DNA of 64,000 nt from a bacterium (GTDB taxonomy: Bacteria; UBA8248), in assembly GCA_965203325.1 (NCBI GenBank), contig OZ241875.1, positions 3,232,001-3,296,000 on the forward strand, given 5' to 3'. Under the pieces are notes generated by a model. The model was given only the letters and a program-made list of their open reading frames with translations. It had not been told where the DNA came from and ran no database searches. Shown here piece by piece: positions 57,738 to 64,000 of this stretch (position 1 is its first letter; each line of letters starts with the position of its first letter). The translations under genes and the position numbers were made by a program.

Positions 57738-58301
57738 ATGGTTAACTGGCAAGTCTTTGCGACGGTAGCAGCGCCTATACTCACTCTCTTCGTCGGTATC
57801 TGGGTTAATCGTCGAACCGAGAGTCGTCCCATTTTGTTAACTCACTGGGGACACGTCTCCTCTTTCAATCATCAAGGAGAAAATGGCGTCAACATCACCG
57901 TGAATACCCATGCGGTTGTCATCAGGAACGCAGGAAGACGAGCGGCGACGAACGTGCGGCTGAGTCACACTATTTTGCCTTCTTATAAAATATGGCCCCC
58001 AGTACAACATGAACTGAAGGAAGTGCCGAATTCAGGTCATGACATCGTGATCCATAGCATAGTCCCAAACGAACAGCTGACCATCTCCTATCTCTACTTC
58101 CCGCCAATCACTTATGCTGAGGTCAACGCCGGAGTGAAATGCGATGAGGGTTTCGCGACCCAGATACCCGTCTTGCTGCAACGACAGTATCCTCGTTGGT
58201 TCAATTACGCTGCGGGTACGCTCATGATTTTTGGGGTGTCCGCGCTGGTATATGGTCTGTTCGAGTTAGGCATACTGATCGTCGAGGCAATTTCAAAGTA
58301 A
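57738..58301 (+). CDS. Hypothetical protein with N- and C-terminal transmembrane segments
   Basis: 187 aa; hydrophobic ends flank a beta-rich domain (IRNAGRRAATNV). Confidence 0.65.
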   Translation: MVNWQVFATVAAPILTLFVGIWVNRRTESRPILLTHWGHVSSFNHQGENGVNITVNTHAVVIRNAGRRAATNVRLSHTILPSYKIWPPVQHELKEVPNSGHDIVIHSIVPNEQLTISYLYFPPITYAEVNAGVKCDEGFATQIPVLLQRQYPRWFNYAAGTLMIFGVSALVYGLFELGILIVEAISK

Positions 58302-58508
58302 AGCTGCTTGCTATGGCCAATTTCAGTACCAGAAGGGCACCAATCCCAGCGATGGGTTTGGAGAAGGTGCGACTTCCAGCAACGGCCGAGTTTGGGCATG
58401 GTGGTCGACGGTGAAGCGAACCACTAGTGGTAAGAGGTAGCCCACGCGCTGACTGCTAAGGAAACGATAACAGGCTGATGAGTACTGAACGTCACACCAC
58501 GAGGAAGC

Positions 58509-59354
58509 ATGGCGATGCTAGAGTTCGAAGGCAACTGGCGATACGAATCCCCTGGTCCGGTGAAGGAAGAAGTAGAATCGACGTTCCGACAATTGATTGA
58601 TAAAATTTGCGGTCAAGGAAGTCGAAAGGGGATTCTTGAGCACTTCAAATCCCATTTTGCTACAGCTGCTGGCGTTTCTCATTATCCTAGTAGCAACGAA
58701 AGTTGGGCATCAACGGATCTGGACAGTGTAATGACGGGGGCATCTGAGAATGCCCCTTTATTTATCGAAGCTTTCTACAATGCCTGCGACGAACTGGAGA
58801 GAAGCCATCCCAAAATGGAATTACCTGGGGTTGGACTGATCAACCGTATCCTAAGCGATGCTGATTCGGGTTTTCAGATTGACCCACCAAGGCTCATCGC
58901 CACTCGCGTGCATGTACCAATTGCTGTACCCGATGAAGCGCCGTCACTTGACACACAGGCCAAAGGGGTGATCGAAAAAGCTTTGGAGGATTCCGAACGG
59001 GCACTTAGCGAGGGTAATGGGCGTCAAGCCGTACAGGAAGTGCTTTGGTTGCTAGAGACTATCTCTACGGCGTTTAGAAGCGAGAAAATTTTAGATGGCA
59101 GCATCCACGGTCGATACTTCAACAAAATCATCAATGAGCTCCGCCAGCGCGGGGAAGGTCATCAAAAGCATATCCTGCAGTGGATGATGAATTTGCATGG
59201 CTATCTGTCATCGCCAACCGGAGGCGGCGTTCGCCACGGAGTCGATCTCAACGAAGGATTGGAACTTGGGATCGACGAGGCAAGACTTTACTGTAATCTC
59301 ATCCGTAGTTATCTGACATTCTTGATTGCAGAGCATGAGCGACTTCAAAGATGA
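58509..59354 (+). CDS. Hypothetical protein, AbiJ-like with possible C-terminal HEPN-type RH motif
   Basis: RBS GAGGA; C-terminal LHGYLSSPTGGGVRHG...EARL.CN..RSY resembles the LYGYxS...GIRH region of AbiJ-related proteins. Confidence 0.55.
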   Translation: MAMLEFEGNWRYESPGPVKEEVESTFRQLIDKICGQGSRKGILEHFKSHFATAAGVSHYPSSNESWASTDLDSVMTGASENAPLFIEAFYNACDELERSHPKMELPGVGLINRILSDADSGFQIDPPRLIATRVHVPIAVPDEAPSLDTQAKGVIEKALEDSERALSEGNGRQAVQEVLWLLETISTAFRSEKILDGSIHGRYFNKIINELRQRGEGHQKHILQWMMNLHGYLSSPTGGGVRHGVDLNEGLELGIDEARLYCNLIRSYLTFLIAEHERLQR

Positions 59355-59685
59355 ATCTTTCGATACGAGATTCAACAAGGTTCTTGATGTCAAATTCTGC
59401 ACGCCAAACCCTCAGAGTCACTTCTGCCTGTTCCGACTTAGAAGGAAGGTAACTGGCCCTCCACAGCACTGGCAGCGTAACTGGCGATTTGGGTAGCTTC
59501 GCCTGAGCCACACAAAGCCTCCGCTCAACTGCCCTTGAGTCCCATGCCCGAAACCGAAAAACTGGTAAACGAGGTGGTCTTGTATACGGAAGAAAGAAAG
59601 ATGTTACTTCATCACCGAAGCCGCGAGCCTCAGTGGATGATTGCGATAATCGTCAAGACAGGTGTGGTCAGAATGCAGGTGCGTA

Positions 59686-60063
59686 TCAATCGGTCGTCGG
59701 TACACAGCTGTGATTTTCAATGGCGGTAAACATATCTATGTTCACTTCCACCTGTTCTATCGTTCGTTGACATAAACTAACGCCGTATTCGATTAGCAAG
59801 TCAAACAACTTCTCACCATCCACTAACGTGATGGATGCGGCTCCCGAAGCGGATGCGGCGTTCTAGGTGCCCTTCGAGAACCAAGAAATCGTAACGATTG
59901 TTCCACGAACTGCGTTGAAGCGGTTGATCGAATCTCGAAGAGCGTCTAGGTCCTTTCGCGATATCGCGCGGCTGTGGCGCTTAGCTTGGACCACCTCGCG
60001 CACTGAGGTGATGTTAACCGCTCTGTCACTGAAAACATTGGTATTACCATTTCGGCAGTCCAC
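59686..60063 (-). pseudogene. Mrr-like restriction endonuclease catalytic domain, disrupted
   Basis: VVQAKRHSRAISRKDLDALRDSINRFNAVRGTIVTISWFSKGT*NAA...ITLVDGEKLFDLLIEYGV, with an internal TAG at 59865-59863 and no intact N-terminus. Confidence 0.75.
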
Positions 60064-60310
60064 ACATGTATTTCCGGCGAAGAATACGGAGAGAACGAAT
60101 ACTGACTCGCACCACTGTTCGCCAGTCTACACCTACGATTAAGCTCACCACCCACGATGGTCGCTAGCCTGAGCACCCATTCACCGCCCACATCGCTTAA
60201 GCCTTGCTCTTCCCCGCCGAGGGGCCGAGCCGGGTGGTGAGAGGGCGGAGCCGGGGAGGTTCGAGAGCGTTCCCGGCACGTTCCCATCCCATCCACAGGA
60301 GGAAATTCGT

Positions 60311-62602
60311 ATGGCTCAGGCTGAACCGCTTATCCGTTCCATCCCGCTCAGCCGGCTGGAGCTCGCGCCGGAGAACGTCCGCAAGACCCCGCCCGACCCC
60401 GTCTTTTTCTCGGAACTCAAGGCTTCCATTGCGGCCCACGATCTGCTGGAGAACCTGATCGTCAGGGTAGAGCACCCCGGAGAAGACCCCGGATCGGGTC
60501 CGGGGCAGGCTTCTATCGAGCGCTGCGCCGTGGTCGCCGGCGGATGCCGCCTCGCCGCCATGAATGCCCTGGCCGAAGAGGGAGTCCTCGACGCGGACCA
60601 CCCCGTTCCCTGCCGTGTGATCGGCGCTGGGGAGAACGCGGAAGAACTCTCCCTCGCCGAGAACGTGGTGCGCGTCGCCATGCACCCCGCCGACCAGGTG
60701 GTCGCGTTCGGGAAGCTCGCAAACGCGGGGGTATCCGTATCCGCCATCGCGGCTCGCTTCGGCATGACGGAGCGCATGGTCGAGCAGCGCCTGAGTCTCG
60801 GCGGCGCCGCTCCCGAGCTGCTCGACGCCTACCGGGCCGAAAAGATGGACCTGGACACCCTGAAAGCCTTCACGGTCACGACCGACCAAGCCCGGCAGAT
60901 GGCGGTCTGGGAGCAGGTGAAGGACCAGGGCTACCGTCTCAGCGGCTGGCAGGTGAGGGGCATGCTGACCGAGGAGAACGTCCCCGCCGTATCGGCCGTG
61001 GCGCGTTTCGTCGGGACGGAGGCCTACGAGGCGGCGGGCGGTACGCTCACGCGCGACCTGTTCGCCGAAGAGGACGCCCGGGGAATGTGGTTCGACGACC
61101 CCCTTCTCCTGAACGAACTCGCAACGGAGAAGCTCCGCGCGGCTGCGGATGAACTGAAGAAGCGCTGGAAGTGGGCCGAGGCGGTGGTCGAGGCCGACTG
61201 GAGCGCGATCGCGCGCTTCGGGCGGATCAGCCCCGAGCCGGACGCTCCCACCGATGAGGAGAAGGCCGAGCGGGAGAGGCTGTGGGCCCGCCACGGCGAA
61301 CTCGTGAACACGGACGAGGACGATTGGACCGACGAGCTCGGCTCCGAGGCCGAAGTGATCGAGGCGCGCCTGCGCGCGATCGAGGAGGCCGTGAACGCGC
61401 GGGCCGCCTACCGCGAGGAGGATTTCAAGGTGGCGGGCTGCATCGCAACGGTCGGCCACGACGGCGAACTCAAGGTCGTCGAGGGCCTCGTGAGGCCCGA
61501 GGACATGCCCGAACGCACGGACGCGGGCGAGTCGAACGGGGCCGGTCCGGGCCGCGTGGACGCGCCGCTCGCGTCGCCCCCGGACCCGCGCGCGAAGGTG
61601 CGCAAGGAAACGGGTATCGGGATCGGACTCGCCGACGACCAGCGCGCCGCCCGCTCGACGATCGTCAAGGCGTATCTGTCGAGGGACTTCGGAGCGGCCT
61701 TCGACCTGACGCTCTTCCAGTTCGCCTGTGCCGCGTTCGCCGATGACCACATGGCGGGCGCCCTCGACATCGCCTTCCGGGTGACCACCGACAGGCCGTC
61801 AGCGCGAGCGAACGACGAGGATTTCGCCGCCTGGAGCCCTGGGGAGGCCATGCTGGCGGAACTTCCGGATCTCTCCCTGGGCTGGTTGGAGAACGAGGAC
61901 GAAGACGCCGCCTTCGCGGCGATGCGGGCGTTGCCCCAGGCGGAGAAAGAGGCCATCTACGCGGCGGCGGTTGCGCGCTCGCTCAAGGGACAGCTCGCCT
62001 TCGAGCCGGACGCCCGGCCCGAATTCGAGGCCACGGTCGCCAGGCTCGATATCGACTTCGCGAAGCACGTGCGTCCTACCGCCGCGATGTTCTGGTCGCG
62101 CATCACGAAGGACCGCATGCTCGCCATCGCGCGCGCGACGCTGGGTCCCGTCTGGGCCTCCGCCCGGGCGAAGTTCAAGAAGGCGGACCTCGCCCTGGCG
62201 ATGGAAGAAGCCTTCGTCGCAGACCCGCCCGAGAGTCTAAGCCAAAGGGCCCGGACCGCCGTCCTGGCCTGGACGCCGCCGGGGTTCGCGCCCTTCGACA
62301 AGGGCCTGGTGGGGGAAGCCGTGGAGGAAGACCCGCCTGCCGAAGAACCCGGACCGGAAGCCGTCGATGAAGAGGCCTCAGGTCCCGCTGGCGGCGACGC
62401 TTCCTCCGACGCGGAATCAGGCCCCGGCGCAGACGATACCGCAGCCAGCGACGCCCCCGCGGGCGGGGAACTCGCCCGGGCGGTCGACGCGATGAACGCT
62501 GTGCCCACCGCGGACGGGAGTCCGAGAGTGATCGTGCACGGGATCGATCTCGCAAACGGCAAGGGGGAGGAGGAGAACGACGTCCCCGAATTCCTGCGCT
62601 GA
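60311..62602 (+). CDS. ParB/RepB/Spo0J-family protein, long mobile-element type
   Basis: IPLSRL....NVRKT, L.ASIA...LLENL.V, VVAGG.RL.A, ELSLAEN..R..MHPADQ..AF, IAARFG.....V.QRL.L, AAGG....DLF; RBS AGGAGG. Confidence 0.9.
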   Translation: MAQAEPLIRSIPLSRLELAPENVRKTPPDPVFFSELKASIAAHDLLENLIVRVEHPGEDPGSGPGQASIERCAVVAGGCRLAAMNALAEEGVLDADHPVPCRVIGAGENAEELSLAENVVRVAMHPADQVVAFGKLANAGVSVSAIAARFGMTERMVEQRLSLGGAAPELLDAYRAEKMDLDTLKAFTVTTDQARQMAVWEQVKDQGYRLSGWQVRGMLTEENVPAVSAVARFVGTEAYEAAGGTLTRDLFAEEDARGMWFDDPLLLNELATEKLRAAADELKKRWKWAEAVVEADWSAIARFGRISPEPDAPTDEEKAERERLWARHGELVNTDEDDWTDELGSEAEVIEARLRAIEEAVNARAAYREEDFKVAGCIATVGHDGELKVVEGLVRPEDMPERTDAGESNGAGPGRVDAPLASPPDPRAKVRKETGIGIGLADDQRAARSTIVKAYLSRDFGAAFDLTLFQFACAAFADDHMAGALDIAFRVTTDRPSARANDEDFAAWSPGEAMLAELPDLSLGWLENEDEDAAFAAMRALPQAEKEAIYAAAVARSLKGQLAFEPDARPEFEATVARLDIDFAKHVRPTAAMFWSRITKDRMLAIARATLGPVWASARAKFKKADLALAMEEAFVADPPESLSQRARTAVLAWTPPGFAPFDKGLVGEAVEEDPPAEEPGPEAVDEEASGPAGGDASSDAESGPGADDTAASDAPAGGELARAVDAMNAVPTADGSPRVIVHGIDLANGKGEEENDVPEFLR

Positions 62603-62624
62603 GTCGCATCCCCGTTCAACCACG

Positions 62625-62657
62625 GCGCCCCGCGGCATTTGCTGCGGGGCGCTTTTT
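62625..62657 (+). terminator. Intrinsic terminator after parB
   Basis: GCGCCCCGCGGC-attt-GCTGCGGGGCGC followed by TTTTT. Confidence 0.7.
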
Positions 62658-62685
62658 CGTTTTCACGTCTAAAGGAGTCCAGGAC

Positions 62686-64000
62686 ATGAACGACACACCG
62701 AATGTTTCACCGCACCCCGGTCGGATCCGCGCCCGGATCCACGAGGGCGCCCTTCATCGCGTCACGAGGATGTACACGGCGCGTCTCGCCGACGTCTTCA
62801 CCGAGGCGCTCCAGAACAGCCGCCGGGCGGGGGCGACGCGCGTCCGCGTCACCATCGAGGAGGCCTCCGGCGCGCAGGCCGTCACCATCACCGACGACGG
62901 AGCCGGGATCGGCGACCCCGCCGTGTTGCTCTCCTTCGGCGAGAACGGCTGGAGCGAAGAACTGGTGAGGCGCGAGGACGCGGCCGGGATGGGGTTCCTG
63001 AGCCTGGCGCGCCGCGGCTGCACGGTCGCGTCGAGGACGCGCTCGGGCGCCGGCTGGCGCGTCGAACTCACGCCCGCCCACTTCCGGGGAGAGGCGGAGG
63101 CGGACGTCCTCTCAGGCGCTGATGCGCCGGAGCCCCACGGGACGGTGGTGCGCTTCCGTACGGAAGAGAACCGAGAGGTGATCCGGCGCGCGCTCGAGAA
63201 CGCGGCCAGGCACTACCCGCTCCCGGTCATGCTGGACGGCGGATCCCTCCCGCGCCGGGATTTTCTCGAAAACGCCGTCCACACCGAATCCTGGCGCGGG
63301 CTCGCCTTCGGCGTCTTCGCGAACAGAAGCCGCTACCGCGACGAACCCGACCTGAACTTCCACGGCCTGGTCCTGCCCGTGCGCCTGCCCACGGTGCACC
63401 CCGTCGACGGCCCGGCTTGGTCGGTACGCGTCGAGGTCGCGAACTGCCCGGAACTCGAACTCGTCCTGCCGGCGCGCAAGGAGGCGGTCGAGACGCCCTT
63501 CCTGGAAGACATGCGCGAAGCGGCGCGGATCGCGGTCTACCGGGCGATGGCCGATGCCGAAACCGCGCCGGTCATCGCATTCGAGGAGTGGCGGCGCGCG
63601 CGTGCGGCCGGGGTCGAACTGCCGGAACCCTCGCCCGCGCTGCGCCCCTGGCGGCCTCCCATCGCCGATATCGACAACTGGCTCGCGGGCCCACCACCCG
63701 AACCCCTGCCCGCAGACGCGCTCCTGATGGATACGGAACTCGGACCCCCCGAAGCGCAGGCGCTCTGGCGCGCGGCGGAACGCGGCGGTACGGCGCCGCG
63801 GCTCTTCGAGAGCGACCGGAGGTTCGAGGGCTACCCCTGGTACGACGCCCTCCCGCGCGTCAAAGACTTACGCACCGATGTCGCGCTCGGCGGCGAGGCC
63901 CGCCCTCTCGAGGATTTTCAGACCCCGCCCGACCGGTCGGGTCCCTCCGGTGAGCCGCCGCCGCGCCCCGACGCGATCCGCATGAGTCTCGAAGTCGAAG
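62686..64000 (+). CDS. GHKL (HATPase_c) ATP-binding protein, 3'-partial
   Basis: ATG 62686 after AAGGAG; EALQNSRRAGA (N box), TITDDGAGI (G1), AAGMGFLSL (G2). The frame appears open to the window edge, which would explain its absence from the ORF track. Confidence 0.8.
   Translation, partial: MNDTPNVSPHPGRIRARIHEGALHRVTRMYTARLADVFTEALQNSRRAGATRVRVTIEEASGAQAVTITDDGAGIGDPAVLLSFGENGWSEELVRREDAAGMGFLSLARRGCTVASRTRSGAGWRVELTPAHFRGEAEADVLSGADAPEPHGTVVRFRTEENREVIRRALENAARHYPLPVMLDGGSLPRRDFLENAVHTESWRGLAFGVFANRSRYRDEPDLNFHGLVLPVRLPTVHPVDGPAWSVRVEVANCPELELVLPARKEAVETPFLEDMREAARIAVYRAMADAETAPVIAFEEWRRARAAGVELPEPSPALRPWRPPIADIDNWLAGPPPEPLPADALLMDTELGPPEAQALWRAAERGGTAPRLFESDRRFEGYPWYDALPRVKDLRTDVALGGEARPLEDFQTPPDRSGPSGEPPPRPDAIRMSLEVE

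Larger units (their letters stand above)
46775..64000. mobile_element. Integrative element / genomic island, right end beyond the window
   Basis: Tandem integrases at the left edge; visibly lower GC at about 49.15-60.2 kb; ParB and GHKL backbone genes at right; host palindromic repeats absent. No att site identified. Confidence 0.75.

Noticed and set aside
59863..59865. TAG in the Mrr-like frame as pyrrolysine or programmed read-through
   Set aside because: The surrounding frame is also degraded and lacks an intact N-terminus; pseudogenisation is simpler.

Overview
High-GC bacterial chromosomal segment, annotated by eye with no database searches. (1) 1-15.3 kb: housekeeping and accessory genes (divergent EF-G paralogue, two EamA transporters, pyrE, NCS2 permease, amidase/GerMN pair, bioA, two methyltransferases) and a UGSC-motif selenoprotein that the ORF track splits at its in-frame UGA. 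(2) 15.8-35.5 kb: a LysR-associated, probably catabolic cluster of unknown substrate. It holds UbiD, a two-subunit CoA-transferase, an ArgE/DapE amidohydrolase, an LLM oxidoreductase, two tandem cysteine-synthase-like enzymes, a Liv-type ABC transporter, an AhpD/CMD-like CxxU selenoprotein with a clear SECIS hairpin, a three-subunit Mo-hydroxylase and an orphan SdhA/NadB-like flavoprotein. (3) 35.7-46.6 kb: a repeat-dense region. A small DUF559 endonuclease gene sits between oppositely oriented ~45-bp-period arrays of a palindromic repeat (core ACTCCCCCCTTGAGGGGGAGT). The same repeat forms modular ~155-bp doublets throughout the host part of the window, and an IS1182-family element has inserted into the centre of one palindrome. 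A large surface lipoprotein with an unusual upstream region also lies here. (4) 46.7-64 kb: left part of an integrative element, with tandem tyrosine integrases, ~11 kb of lower-GC defence-like cargo, ParB and a GHKL ATPase that runs off the window. The best candidates for new biology are the DUF559-plus-repeat module and the selenoprotein-containing catabolic cluster.
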